Made by a program: the position numbers and the translations under genes | The notes under the pieces: model-generated | The model's input: only the letters and a program-made list of their open reading frames with translations | Databases searched by the model: none | What the model was told of the DNA's origin: nothing | In this document: piece after piece, positions 37,521 to 51,500 of the stretch | How the letters are laid out: every line of letters starts with the position of its first letter | How positions within the stretch are numbered: the first letter of the stretch is position 1 | Assembly (NCBI RefSeq): GCF_020745735.1 | Contig: NC_083447.1 | Coordinates: forward strand, 21,470,755 to 21,534,754 | Length of the DNA stretch: 64,000 nt | Direction of reading: 5' to 3' | Source of the DNA: Hemiscyllium ocellatum | Taxonomy: Eukaryota

Positions 37521-40500
37521 TTGACCTCCCCACTTTACTAACTTCCTCTAAGGTCCTGACTTATCCTTATTCACTCTATCTTTAACTTAAGGAGTTGTGA
37601 TCAGTTTAAATGTCTGAACATTCAGTTGAAATTGCTGTCCTCTTCATCTGAATGATAATTAGTCGAGTGGAAAGAACAAAATTGTCTACAGTTCTTGCCT
37701 CCCAGAATGAGATTTGTCAGTTTTGGATGCGAAAATAAAACGTAGAATCAGGAATACCATCGAATCTGCTCCATCAGCCTATGAGATCATGGAAAAGAAG
37801 ATGAATTGTTCGAAATGTTTACAAGTTACTGATTACCTGAACTGAAATATTAACCGTGTTTCTCTCCACAAGTATTGACTGGTATGTTGAGTATTTATAT
37901 CTTTCGTTGTGTTTACTTCATATTTCCAGCATTTACACTATTTGCTTTTGCAAATGCAAGTAATATTCGCATGACATGCAGTGACAACCTAAGAGACAAT
38001 CTAAATACCAGCAACACCCAAATCCGACTAAATGTTTAAAAAATTACTGACCATTTCCTAGCATGGCTAACTAGGATTGGAGGGCACTACAGAGCACTGA
38101 AATTCAGGACTATTGGCAAATGCACTAATTTCAATTTGAGGAATTTGTTTAAATGATGAATTAGGTAATTTAAAAGCAAATGGTCTGAAAGTGAGAAGGA
38201 AACAGATTCAATACTAATTATCAAATGAGCATTGATTAACCATTTCAAAAAGAATCTGAACACGAGGATACTGGGATTAAGCAGATGATTGTAGTAATTG
38301 AAATTGGGGAAATGCAAAGTAGCTGTCACTAATTTGTATTAATATAAACAATACATCTAGAATTTCCCCAAATTTCAGAGAAAATGCAACATTTGCTACC
38401 ACATGTGTTGAGTTAAATAGTATAGATGTAGCTTAGAGAAAAGCTGGATTAATGCATTAGAGAGAAATAGTAGAAGTATGTGCTGATAGACTTAGACAAA
38501 GAAGATGAGAGCATGATGACATTGAAGTAATTGAATTTTCCATTAAAAAAAATGACAGATTCCATGGTCTGAAAGGCTTTGTTTGCTTTCTATATTTTCT
38601 TGTTTTGGGAAAGACAGTTCTGTCTTGCATCTGCCAAATGAATTGTAAAAGGTTATGTTCTCCATTTGGCTTTGAAACTTATTCAAAAGGCACAAAAAAT
38701 ACACCTGGTAGACAAGTGGTTTAACGGTTATCAGCAAATGCTCAAAACCACTGTTAGAGCAGGTGGTTCAGTAAGAAAATGGGTCAGGAAAGTGGATTGT
38801 CTTTGCAATGGATAAATCATTCGTGTCATTACTAAGGTTTAAGGATTACAAATTTCATATTTCTGTGGAACAATTTCCCTTGCAGCAGAAAAGATAAGAT
38901 GGATTTGAAATTGGTGAATTCCCTTAAGCATTTTGATAGAGTAAACGTGAAGAATTTGTGTTCAGATATTTGCTTCACATAGAAAAAAAAGAACGAAAAA
39001 AAAGAGCAGGAGTAGGCTATTCAATCCATTGAGATTGCTACTTAATTAATTATGATCATCCAACTCGTAAGTTCTCATTTTCTCCGTACACTCTTTGATC
39101 ACTTTAGCACTAAAAACTATATCTAACTTCTTGAAAGCACTCAATATTTTGCCCTCAACCGCATTCTGTTACAGAGAATGCCATTGGTTCACCACTCTTT
39201 AGGTGAAGGAATTTCTCCTCATCTCAGTCCTAAATGGCTTACCCCATATCCTTCAACCCTGACCAATGATTCTGGACTCCTGGGTCATTGAGGGCATCCT
39301 TTTTGCTTTTATCCTATCTAGTCTTGTTAGAATTTCAAGATTTCTGTGAAGGTTCTATTTAAATAAATAAGACATCAAATTCCAGGGAAGCATGACCTAT
39401 GTGAGTGTGAGCTATATTAATCACTAATTAAGATTATTGCGGCTGTTGAATAACAATTATCTTCTGTCCAGGACATGATTTCAGTGTTCTGCAGGGTAAT
39501 GTCCAAAGTCAGCCCAGCTCTAGTTGGTTTATTCAAGACTTTTCTGACATTTCAATTCACAAGTCAGGTGTTCTTTACTGATTTCACAATGTTCACCATC
39601 CTTTCAAATTGTCCACATACTGGTGTTATCCATACCCATATGTAACAAGGCCCGTACAACTAGAGTCCCTGTAGGTGAACCAAAAATGTCCACACATTGC
39701 ACCTTTTCCATTGAGTAAAAGGCTGCTGATGAAGATAATCAATCCCTGCAGCGCATGCATGTCATGCTGACCAATCAGAATGGACCTATCCGATTTGAAT
39801 TAAACAGTTATCACCCCAAGAAATAGTATTTTCTGTATTCCCCACATCAAACATAGAACTTAGAACAATACAGCGCAGAACAGGTTCTTCGGCCCCCAAT
39901 GTCGCGCCGATCTGTAAACTATTCTCAGTCCCTCCCCCTACACTATCCCATAATCATCCATGTGCTTATCCAAGGAATGTTTAAATCTCCCTAATATGGC
40001 TGAGTTAACTACAATGGCAGGTAGGGCATTCCACGCCCTTAACACTCTCCGAGTAAAGAAGACATACGTCAACCAATCAGCACTCTTTTCTCATGCTGTC
40101 AGAATTGCTTTGCTTCCTTCCTAAAGCTGTTTCTTTTTCATATTGTCTTTGATCCTTGATTAATTGCAAGACGGAAACAATTTAATCATATTCTGTCCCA
40201 ATCCTTCAGTCAAGTGGAGCTGATTAAAAACACAGCGAACATGGTGACAGCATCTGTCAGGTCAACCGGAGTCAAGTTTTATATAACTGGTCGCTGTCAG
40301 TTTGTGGTTAGAATCGACACTGTGCGTCCATGTATTGTTGACAGTCGCTGGCGGGATGATAGATTTCATGCTCGATTCCGTGCTTTCACCTGCATGTGGG
40401 GCAAAATTAAAATGAATGACTTAGAACATGTTCAATACAGATGCATTTTTCGGATTCCAGTGATATACAACTTAAATGATATGCCAAGACCGGGATGGTG

Positions 40501-40790
40501 CTGAAATTCTGCGCAATGAAGGTTCACCGAAGAGGAAATTGAACATAGGAGTCTAAAATAATTAAATTAATTCGCAAGATGAAAGACGATGATGTGGGTC
40601 CAATGCCTGGAATTCGGTCATTAGAGGACAACGATTTGTATTCGTAGGACATCCGCAGGATTAGTGGAAGAGAAATGAAGCTGTGAATGATGTTCTTCTG
40701 TAGATTTTGTGATTTCATGATCTGTACACTGAACCGCCATTTGCTGCTGCCGCAGTTTGACGAAAGTAGACAATCATGAGCGCATTTGCA

Positions 40791-40829
40791 GGTTTTTGCA
40801 GCTACAGAACACCTTTATGAAGCGCTGTG
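40791..40829 (-). other. 23-RSS of second TRBV
   Basis: CACAGCG, 23-bp spacer (40800-40822), GCAAAAACC. Confidence 0.95.
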
Positions 40830-41121
40830 TTACTACAAGCACAGAAGTATACAGCCGTGTGAGACGGAGAGGCATCATTCAGTGTCAAAGTAAACAGCGT
40901 ATTGCTGGTTCTCTCTGCCTTAAACGAGTCAAACGTGTAATTTGTAACAGACCCTTCTCCAGCAGAATTGAATAGAGCTTCAAATGCCCGGCCTGGCTGT
41001 TGTTTGTACCAGAACATGTTGGGATAGCCAGTATTCTTCAGAGTACATTTCAACGTTGTCGACTGTCCTGATGCAATTGATACAATAGAAGGCGACTGCT
41101 CCACATAGGAGGTGAGTGTTC
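40830..41121 (-). CDS. TRBV: TCR beta V exon, open and probably functional: TLTSYVEQSP...TLKC...MFWYKQ...TAVYFCACS
   Basis: Both cysteines, WYKQ and YFC; GACAG acceptor at 41122; adjacent 23-RSS. Confidence 0.95.
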
Positions 41122-41657
41122 CTGTCGAATGGAACAGTAATTAGTTTACGTTTATCAAAAACAGATTAAAACAGGGATTGTATTTCACGTTTTTAAAAGA
41201 AAAACGTTTCTGTAGTTAAGCGAACCCAAAGCACTTTACAATGAAACATTTTTAAATCATAGTCTAAGCTCAAATTCAAGGAACACCGCGACCAATTTGC
41301 GCACAACATGGGCCAAAACACAACAGTGCGTTAATAACAAACATTTGAAGGGGTTGCTACATGGTAAAGGTTTGTAAGACCTCTCTTTTGATGTTAGACA
41401 ATGGTTATGGGCTTATTTAAATTACCTGAAAAAAACTATTCGAATTAATATTGAACCCGGAATATGTGCCCTTAGGACTGTTTCTAAAGTTGTGGAACGG
41501 TCCTTCAGTCATGACACACCAGAACCAATACTGAATTTGAAAAAAAAAGTCGAGATTCGAACAGAATGATTTTCTGCCGGGAAGCAGAACTGTTATCAAC
41601 TGAACTAAAGTTGGCATTATCGTTTTTTCTTCTGCAAAATGTGTCGATGTAACCTAC

Positions 41658-41706
41658 CTGCAAACATCGTAGCCGTCCAAATAAGATAATGAGCTTCATG
41701 CAACAT
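41658..41706 (-). CDS. TRBV: Leader exon of second TRBV: MLHEAHYLIWTATMFA(G)
   Basis: 16 codons plus 1 nt, CAG|GTAGGT donor, correct phase. Confidence 0.8.
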
Positions 41707-41829
41707 GGTTTATTTGCTGCACACTAGCCGGATCTGTGAACGGAAAGCAGTTTAATGTGATATCTGATGGTGTTTTTCTCTGTTGTGTCTAATTGAATTC
41801 AAATCATCCTGGTGTTATCATTATGCAAG

Positions 41830-41841
41830 CGTCACTTCCGG
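41830..41841 (-). promoter_or_regulatory. ETS-CRE composite CCGGAAGTGACG in V promoter
   Basis: About 125 bp upstream of the leader ATG; overlapping ETS core and CRE half-site. Confidence 0.55.
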
Positions 41842-42479
41842 CGAAGCACACCCTCCACCTTATGATTACAGTAGAGTAACAACTGTGGGAAATGATAGAG
41901 CACATTGGGTTAGTGAGAAGTTGAATGACACCTTTCAAATTGTAGAATTTATGATTGTGTAGATAAGGAGTACTCATTCTTCCAGCGTGAAGTCAGTGAA
42001 ACAAGACCATTATTTAAAAACAAACCCAGAAACTCAGACGTAAACGCCGTGGCTTTTTATGCAGCGAAGTGTTATCTGAAATAATTGTTTGGTCATATAA
42101 ATACAGGCAACCCAGTGCAACCTCGGACTGCGTGCTTCTTTCAACAGACTGCCAGAAGGTGAATGGGCAAGAACGTGACATAAAGATGGTATGAGATGTT
42201 CCTTGATTGTTTCTAAGTTTTTACATCCTGTAGGATTGGTTCTTATTCTTCCTCATGGGAAGCAATTTTTTTGTTGCACATCTGGTAAATGGAAAAAAAA
42301 ATCTACCTAAATTTTAAAATGGTACAGGAACTACTGGCATATTAGTAACATATATACTTTTATAAATAAATAAATTGTTATGAAATAATTAAATAGTTAA
42401 ACAAAAAAACATGAACAATGACAAGATAGGTGATTTGACGTGGTTGAAGTATATGGAGGCTCTTGAATTAATATGTTTT

Positions 42480-44010
42480 TAAAATTCATTTGTGGGATAT
42501 GGGCGTCACTGGCTAGCATTTATTGCCTGTCCCTAGTTGCCCTTGAGAATGTAGTGGTGAGCTGCATCTTTGAAACACTGCTGTCCGCCTACTGTAAATT
42601 GACCCACACTGCCATTAGGGACGGAATTCCAGGATTTTGACCCAGCAACAGTGAAGTAACGGTGATATACTTCCAAGTAAAGATGGTGAGTGGCTTGGAT
42701 CGGAACTTGAAGGAGGTGGTGTTCCCATGTATCTGCTACCCTTGTCCTTCTCGATGGAAGTGGTCGTAGTTTTGGAAGGTGCTGAGTGAGGAGTTTTGGT
42801 GAATTTCTGCAGGGAATCTTGTAGACATAACACGCTGCTGCAACCGAGCATCTGTGGTAAAATAACTGATGCTTTTGCACGTAATGCCAAACAAGCGTGC
42901 TGCTCTGTTCTAGATAGTGTCAAGTTTCTTGAGTGATGATGGAGCTGCACTCAGTCAAGCAAACGGAGAGTATTCCATGACAGTCCTGACTTGTAGATGA
43001 TGGATAGGCTTGGAGTCATCAGGAGCTACGTTACTTGCCACAGCATTCCGAGCTTCAGACGTGCTTTTGTAGCCACTGTGTTTATGTGGTGAGTCCCGTT
43101 GAGTTTCTTGTCAACAATATGTTGATAGTGTGAAATTCAGTGATTGTACACCATTGAACACCAAGGGGCGGTGGTCAGATTGTCTCTTATTGGTGATGGT
43201 TATAACCTAGTATTTGAATGGTGCAAATATTGCTTGTGACCCGTCAGCCCAAGCCTGGATATTGTCCAGATCTTGTTGCATTTGAACATACTTGAGTATC
43301 TGAGGAGTCGTGAATGGTGCTGAATATTGTGTGTTCATTCACGGGCATCCCTACTTCTGACCTTATGATGGTTGGAAGTGCATTGATGAAACAGCTCAAT
43401 ATGGTTGGACAGTGCCCTAACTAACTCCTTTAGAGATGAGCTGGAGCTGAGTTGGCTGACCTCCAACAACCACCACCATCTTCCTATGTGTCAGGTATTA
43501 TTCCAACCTTGAGAGAATTTGCCTCATGGTACCAATTGATTCCAGTTTTGCTAGGGCTCCTTGATGCCACACTTGGTCAAATACAGCCTTGATATCAAGA
43601 ACTGCCCCTCTCACCTCACCTCTGGAATTCAGCTCTTTTATCCATGTTTAGACCAAGGCTGCAATGAAGTCAGAAACTGAGTAACACAGGCATAACCCAA
43701 ACTAGGAGCCACTGAGCAGGTTATTGCTGAGCAGATGCTGCTTGATAACACTTTGATGATACCTTCCATCACTTTACTGATAATCAAGAATAAACTGATG
43801 GAGTGGTAATTGGCTGGGTTGACCTTTTCCTGCTTCTTACGTGCAGGAAATTCAATTCCATATTGAATGTAATGTAACATAGAGCAAATATATCTGTACT
43901 AAGTGTTTGTGAATTGAGAACATTGGACATAGAATAACTAAACTGGAGGCAGAGCTGCACACGATGCAACACATCAGGATGGGGACAAGTTACTTGGCTA
44001 TTTTGTAATA
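42480..44010 (-). mobile_element. Degenerate LINE (CR1/L2/Jockey-group RT and 3' end)
   Basis: NPANYHSISLFLIISKVMEGII motif in ORF 43638-43880; 3' region similar to 32900-33240. Confidence 0.65.
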
Positions 44011-44131
44011 GGAGACAGTCACACCAGCTGGGTATTCTGGTTTCCAAAGTCAAAAATCACATGACTCCAGGTTACAGTCCAACAGATGTATTTGAAAACA
44101 CATGCTTCTATAGTCCCGCTCTTTCTTCCAA

Positions 44132-44425
44132 TTAGATTATGTACACTATGGAAATAGGCCCTGCGGCCCAACAAGTCCACACCAACCTTCTAAAGAGTAA
44201 CCCATCCAGACCCATATTTGCCCCCGACTGTGGGCAATTTAACATGGCCAATTCACCTAACCTGAACATCTTTTGATTGTGGGAGGAAAGGGGAGCACCT
44301 AGAGGAAACCCACACAAATGCAGGGAGAATGTTCAAACTCAGCACAGACAGTCGCCCTAGGTGGGAATTGAACCAGGGTCCCTGGTGCTATGAGGCAGTA
44401 ATGCAAACCACTGAGCCACCGAGCA
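44132..44425 (-). mobile_element. HE1/V-SINE-type SINE
   Basis: Reverse-complement similarity to 16175-16481. Confidence 0.8.
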
Positions 44426-44978
44426 CCAATGTTGGACTGTTGGACTATGGCCTGGTGTCATGTGATTTTTTTTGTTTTAACCTTGTCCAACCCAATCGAA
44501 CACTAGCATTTTCACATCATGATTTCCTAAGAAGTCACGAATGGAGGATGGTGACTACGTCTGCAGCAAATAAGGTGAGTCAGAGAAAAAGAGTGCAGGA
44601 ACTTCAACCTTTCTTATTGTCGAACAGGTTTACTGGGAGAAGAATGCAAACTTTAAGTTGGATGACAGGTTGACACAGTTAACCGTGCATTGTTTGTGGG
44701 GAAGCAATGAATGCGGTGGTAATTCAGGGCAGTATTGTGATAGGCAATTGACAGTCTTCTGCAGAAACAGTGGGATTTCAGAAGGCTTGTTGTTTTCCAA
44801 TAATTGGCATACTCATTCAAAGATGCAAAATAAAAAAAACCTTGAAAGAGAGAAACCAATTGCCTAGTTCCATGTAAACACGAAATGCAAAGGCAGCACA
44901 ATTATAGAGTTTCTGTGTATTTGTAGTGAGCATCTAGGTACCAAATTAAGAAGCAAAACCTCAAAAATAACAACTTCT

Positions 44979-47174
44979 AGGGTGTAGGTTTGCTCGTTGA
45001 GCTGTTGGTTTGATATCCAGATGTTTCGTTACCCGGCTAGGTAACATCATCAGTGGCGACCTCCAAGTGAAGCTAAGCTGTTGTCTCCTGCTTTCTATTT
45101 ATATCTTTCTCCTGGGTGGGGTTCCTGGGGTTTGTGGTGATGTCATTTCCTGTTCGTTTTCTGAGGGGTTGATAGATGGCATCTAGATCTATGTGTTTGT
45201 TTATGGCGTTGTGGTTGGAGTGCCAGGCCTCTTGGAATTCTCTGGCATGCCTTTGCACCTACTCTGAGCCGAAAGAGGGAAGGAAACAAACTGAACACAC
45301 GAGAAAAGAAAGCCCTAGAAAACCTCAAAAAAGACAAAAACATCGTTATATTACCTGCAGACAAAGTTCGGCTCACTGTCATCCTGAACAGAAGGGACTA
45401 CATCGAGAAAGCCAATGCACTACTCGCAGACACCAACACCTACCAACAGGTGGTGCTAGACCCAACCCCACAACTAGGAAACAAAATTACATATCTCCTA
45501 AGAAAATTACACAATTCCGGACAATTAAACAAGACAGAATTCCACAAAATGAAACCCGACGGGACCAATACCCCACGATTCTACGGACTACCAAAAATCC
45601 ATAAACTAGGATGCCCCCTCAGACCTATAGCCACACTACCTGGAACACAAACTTACACACTGGCCAAAGAACTACACGCAAGACTGAAATACCTAGTAGA
45701 AAAGTCACAACACTTCATCCACTCCACCCTGGAATTCCTAATAATTATCAAAAACTCCAAAATAGAGGAAGACAAAGCAATGATCTCATTCGACGTAACA
45801 GCACTGTTCACTTCCATCAACATCGACCTGGCAAAGGAAACACTGACCAGACTTTTAGAAGAGACCATCCCACACACACCAACCACCACCAATCACATTA
45901 CCAATGAAAACATCAAGAAGCTAGTGGACCTGTGCCTCACCACCCACTTCACCTTCAACAACATAGTCTACAAACAAACCAACGGCACACCCATGGGATC
46001 TCCGCTATCTGGATTCATAGCAGAAGCAGTAATGCAAAGACTAGAACAAACAACCCTACCAACCATCAAACCAAAAACCTGGGTCTGCTATGTAGTTGAC
46101 ACATTTGTCATCACAAAACGAAACAAGATAGAAGGGACATTTAACATCATCAACAACACCCTCATAGGCATAAAGTTCACCAAGGCGGAAGAAACTGACA
46201 ACAAACGCGCATTCCTGGATGTCACAGTCGAAAGAAAGGACAACGGAGAACTACAAACCTGCATGTACAGAAAACTGACAAACACTGACCAAATACTTAA
46301 CTATACCAGCAACCATCCCAACACAAGCAAACAAAGCTGTATCAGAACATTATTCCAACGAGCCATCACGCACTGCAGCACAGACAAACTACGCAAAACA
46401 GTGGAAAACCACCTATAAAATGTATTCAAGAAGAATGGATACTCAAAAAATACAGTGTGCAGATTCCTCAAGAACAAAGCACGACAAGCAGACCAAACAC
46501 AGCCAGAAACCTTAACCACCTTACCATACATCAAATAAGTTTCAGAAATGACAGCCAGACTACTAAGACCCCTCGGAATCCTAGTAGCACACGAACCCAC
46601 CAACACTCTCAAACTAAAACTAACAAACTTAAAAGACCCAGTACATCCCATGGACAAAACCAACGTCATCTGCAAAATTCCACGCAAGAACTGCCACAAA
46701 CACTACATAGGACAAACAGGAAGAAAGTTAGCCACCAGGATACATGAACACCAGCTAGCCACAAAAATACACCACCCTCTCTCCCTCTTAACCCTACACA
46801 CGGATGAAAAAAGCCACCATTTCGACTGGGACAACACATCTATCCTGGGACAGGCAAAGCGAAGGCATGCCAGAGAATTCCGAGAGGCCTGGCACTCCAA
46901 TGACAACGCCATAAACAAACACATAGATGTAGATGCCATCTATCAACCCCTCAGAAAACGAACAGGAAATGACATCACCACAAACCGCAGGAACCCCACC
47001 CAGGAGAAAGATATAAATAGAAAGCAGGAGACAACAGCTTCGCTTCACTTGGAGATCGCCACTGATGATGTTACCTAGCCAGGTAACGAAACATCTGGAT
47101 ATCAAACCAACAGCTCAGTGAACAAACCTACACCCTAATTCTCAACCTGAGCTACAAACCTTCACAAACCTTGC
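44979..47174 (+). mobile_element. Penelope-like element (RT plus GIY-YIG), 5'-truncated, with inverted terminal copy and 12-bp TSD
   Basis: ORF 45450-46418 has RT motifs (FYGLPKIHK, SFDVTALFTSI, GTPMGSPLSG). ORF 46548-47078 has GIY-YIG (HYIGQTGRKLATRIHEH). 44979-45260 is an inverted copy of the 3' end. TSD ATAACAACTTCT at 44967-44978 and 47175-47186. Confidence 0.92.
47059..47098 (+). ncRNA. Hammerhead ribozyme motif in Penelope terminal repeat (inverted twin at 45017-45056, minus strand)
   Basis: CCA-CTGATGA-T-GTTACC/TAGCCA/GGTAAC-GAAA-C-ATC-TGG: 6-bp stem II and 3-bp stem I. Confidence 0.65.
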
Positions 47175-49129
47175 ATAACAACTTCTGGATTATTACATAA
47201 ACAAATGCTCTCTGGAATGGGCTAAATAAGACCAGGGAAATGAATGCATGGCAGAGCAACTTCTACAATAAATATTGGTGCTGACTCATATGGCATTTGC
47301 TTCTGTACTGATAAAAGTGGGGATGAACCGTTGGGATGGTCCATCTAATCTGAGTTGGCATCAATCTACAAATGAATGCACAAGTAATGATTGGAAAGAA
47401 CTTTGAGTTAAATAGTTGGTTAGGTTAAGTCATTTTGGAAAATGCAGCAAATCAATGAATGCAGTGAACACAAGGGAGAAAGGTGTTCATATGGAAATAA
47501 GGATCAGACAGTGATGGAGGGTGCTGAATATAAATCTAAATCAACAGATGACACTACAGGTGTCAATACAGATGAAGGGATAGTACAAATAAAAATGAGT
47601 ATCATCTAATAATTATTGCCAAGACTTCGTTGTAGGATGACCAGATTAGGCGTTCATGTTCAAGGAGTTTAGGAACTACAGGAAGCTAGTAAGCGGTGAA
47701 ATGGTGGTTGTTATTTAATTATTGTAACAAAGATGCCAGAAATAGCAAATAGCCAGGATATCCAGAAGTTACAGAAGGAATCACGGACGAATTTAATTCA
47801 AATGTAGACTGAAAAAATCAAATAGACGAGGGGAGACTAGATGAAGAATTCATATCCCGAGTTTAATGCAGTTTCTTTGAACAACACAGCCTGCAGCCCA
47901 CCAGAGAACAGACCGCGGTCAGCCTGGTATTGTGCTCCAAGATGAATTAATTAGTGACCTCATAGAGAAAGCGCCTCAGATTGCAGTTACTGGAATATGA
48001 TTGAATTTTAATTTAAATGTATGTGTGAGAAGATTCAGTCCAGGATTCGTACCTCAAACTTGAACACATGCAATTCTGGAAACATGAAAACAATGACAGC
48101 TAATGTGAACTTTCAAATTTAGTTAAGCTAGTTAGACACTTATAGGCAGGTATTGCAAGGGCTATTTTAGAAGGCATTGAATAAATACATAACAATGAGA
48201 AATAAAACAAAACTAAGAGAAGCACAACATTTATGATACGACAGAAATACTAAAGGTAGCATCAAACTTTAAGAAAAAATGTGCGAAGATTGGTGTACGG
48301 TCAGAGAATGAAACGGGCAGACAGATGAAAAGATAAACGAGGAATGAAAAAATGGTACAAGAAATGAGAAATGTATAAAAAGGTACTTCATATCAATGGT
48401 CAATATAGAGAATGCAAGAAACGTTTCATAAGTATCTGTAAAATTAGAACATAGAAGGGAAGGAGGATCTCAGGGAAGTGGTACTGAGCAAAATGTTTGG
48501 AGCTGTGAATAAGTCCTAATTAACTTCGCCCTTGTATCTTAAAATAAGTGGCTAGTCAGATAGTTGAAGATCTGTTTTTAATTTTCCAACCTTCCCCAGA
48601 TTGCGAGCCTTCTGTTATTGCAAGATATTAAGTGTGTTGTCCTTTATTCTATAAGATCAGAAGATATCAATTAGGATCTACATATTAATTGGCGTAACTT
48701 CTCTAATCAGGACTATGTTAGAAACAATTATTAGGGCACTTAGAAATGTTCAAGGAAATCAGACAAAGCCAAAATTGTTTCTGAAAATGAATTTTTTTGT
48801 TTAGTTTTTAAACAACATATGGGATGAAGTAATATGCAGTATAGTTAAAGGATATGAGCAACTGTTTCTTTACTTAAATCTCCAAAAGGTATTTGACATG
48901 ACATCAACCGCCCAAAAAAAATGGCTGTTGAGGAAAATAAGAGCTACTATATTTTGGGCTGTACAGAAGATTCGTTAGCTAATAGAATCAAATAATATTC
49001 ATGAATGGCTCATTTTCTCATTGTTATAACAATGGAGTGAATTAGATTGTTCAGATTTTTCTTTAATTCAAAGTGAAAACTAAGAAGCTTATCCATCTGA
49101 ACCTTGCACCAGATTAACCTTGTGCATGT

Positions 49130-50380
49130 TGGAGGTTAGTGTGGACAAGAATTTACAGGGGAACATCGTGTAAACAAGAAGCTAGCATTAGAGGGTTTCC
49201 AAAAACATTCCAAAGAGGGTTTGGGGGTCAGGAAGGATTTAGAGACATAGAAGCGAAAGACTATAATAAACATAGAAACATAGAAAATAGGCGCTGGAGT
49301 GGCCATTCCACACTTTGAGCCTGCATAGTAATTCAATATGATCATGGCTGTTCATGCAATTTCACTCCCACTTTCTCTCGATACCCCTTGACTCCTTTAG
49401 CCACAAGCACCATGTCCAGAATCCTCTTGAATATATTTAATGAACTAGCCCCAACAGTATTCAGTAGTATAGAATTCCACAGATTCACAACTCTGAAGGA
49501 ATTCTTCCTCATCTCAGGCATGAATGGCTTACACCTTATCCTTAAGCAGTGACCCCTAGCTCTGGAAGTCTTCGAAACTGAGAAAATTCTCCCCACATCT
49601 AGACTGTTCACTCCCATTAGGATTTTATATTTTTCAAGGAGTCCTCCCTCATTTTTCTAAATTCCAGTGAGTAAAAGTCCAGCTGATCCAATTTTTCTTC
49701 ATATATTAGTCCTGTCATCCTGGAAATCAGTCTGGTGAACGTTCATTGGACTCCCTCAACAGCAAGAATGTCCTTTTTCAGACCAATAGACCAATACTCC
49801 ACACATTACTCAAATGGCCTCATCAAGGCCATGTACAACTGCAGCAAGACATCACTACTTCCATATTCAAATCCTTATCGCCTGCTTCCTGCATGCCAAT
49901 TTGAGCGACTGTTCTACCATGCACCCAGGTCTCGTTGAATGTCACTTTTTTCCCCCCTCAACCGCTATCATTCAAATAATAATCTACCTTACTGTTTTTG
50001 CCACCAAAGTGGATAACTTCATATTTATTCCATTATATTGCATTTTCCAAGAATTTGCCCACTCAGTCAGCCCATCCAAATCACCCCACCGCCTCTTAGC
50101 ATCCTCCTCACTGCACACGCTGCCACCAGCTAAATCTTGTGAGAAAAGTTGGAGATATTGCATTGATTTCCTCTGTCCCAATCATTAATGTATATTGTTA
50201 ACAGCTGGGGCCTCAGTACTGAAGTCTGTGGTATCTGAGTCATCACTGCCTGTCACTGAAAAATACCTGTTTATACCAATTCTCTGCTCATGACTGTAAA
50301 CCAGTTCATTATTCACATTAATACATTACCTCCAATTGTTGAGCTGCCCTGTGTGAGACTGTCTGTGCCACATTGGTCAG
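49130..50380 (-). mobile_element. Degenerate CR1 LINE 3' part
   Basis: Minus-strand peptides resembling CR1 ORF2 (LAGGSVCSEEDAKR, WANSWKMQYN). Confidence 0.75.
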
Positions 50381-50479
50381 ACTGATTCTTATCTAAAGAA
50401 CGAACATACAGAATCTTAAATGGATTCATGTAATTTTTGAGCTAAGTAAAATGTAATTCTGCAAGTACAAGTTCACCCC

Positions 50480-51500
50480 ACAAACTTACATGTGTATGTG
50501 TGTATGCGGGTGTGTGTGTTATGCGTGTCTGTTAGAGAGTGTGTGTATGTGTATGAGTGAAAGCGTAAAAAGGTACAAGTCTGTGAAAGGGTGCATAGGT
50601 GAATCTGAGAGTGTATATGTGAGCGTATGAGAGAAGGTCTGCGTGAGTGGATGAGTCTGTAAAAGTGTGTGTATGTGTGTATGAGTTATGTGTGTGTTGG
50701 ATGTGTGTGTGTAGGTGTGTGCATCTGTCAGTATGTGTGTATGGTGCAGTGGGGTCACGTGCAGTGTGATATGAACCCAAGATCCCGGTTGAGGCCATCC
50801 CCATTGATACTGAATTTGGCTATTAGCCTCTGCTGGGCTACTTTTCATTGTTTCCTGTCCCAAAGTCTGCTTTGGATGCCAGTCACCCGAAGGTCCAAGG
50901 TCGAATATCCTGGACTGCTGAAGTGTTCTCCAACTGGGAGGGAACACTCCTATCTTTTGATTGTTGTGCAATGTCCATTCATCCGTTGCTATAGCCTCTG
51001 CTTGGTCTCACCAATCTACCCTGTCTCAGGGCATCCTTTCCTGCAGCATATGAGATAGATAAAGTTGGCTGAGTACCTGCTACATACAAGTTTGGACATG
51101 TCTCCCTACATGAAGGTGGTTTCCATGTCGACATTCTGATGCATCTTGCAGCATCTACCATGACAAAGTTGTATGGTGTTGTCCTGAAAGCCAGGCAGTT
51201 TGCTTTGAACAATGATCTGTTTGTAATTTAGTGGTTGTTTAAAGGTGAAAAGTGGGGGTGTAGGAAGGTCTTGGCGAGGTGCTCATCCTCACTGAATGTG
51301 TTGCAGGCTGCGAAGAACATGGCATAGTTTTTTTAGCTCCTGGGAAGTACTGGACAAGGAAGGGTACTCTGTCAATTGCAACTCATATCTGTCTCCTGAG
51401 GAGGTCATTCTGGTTTCTCGCTGTGGCACGTCCGAACCAGTGGTCGATGAGTTGAGCACCATACCCCACTCTAATGAGGTAAGGATGCCCTGAGGCGTGG
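50480..51500 (-). mobile_element. Degenerate Penelope-like element of a second family (GIY-YIG end plus AC/GT-rich tail)
   Basis: Minus-strand frame near 51077-50880 reads SANFIYLICCRKGCPETG*IGETKQRL*QRMNGH, a decayed GIY-YIG domain. Confidence 0.7.

Noticed and set aside
40734-40747. CTCF-like motif GCAGCAAATGGCGG near the second V RSS
   Set aside because: Mismatch at a core G of the CTCF motif, and no equivalent next to the other V genes.
50480-50971. ORFs rich in H/T or V/C/Y (50519-50971, 50532-50804, 50669-51058)
   Set aside because: Translation of a GT/AC microsatellite tail and off-frame Penelope sequence.
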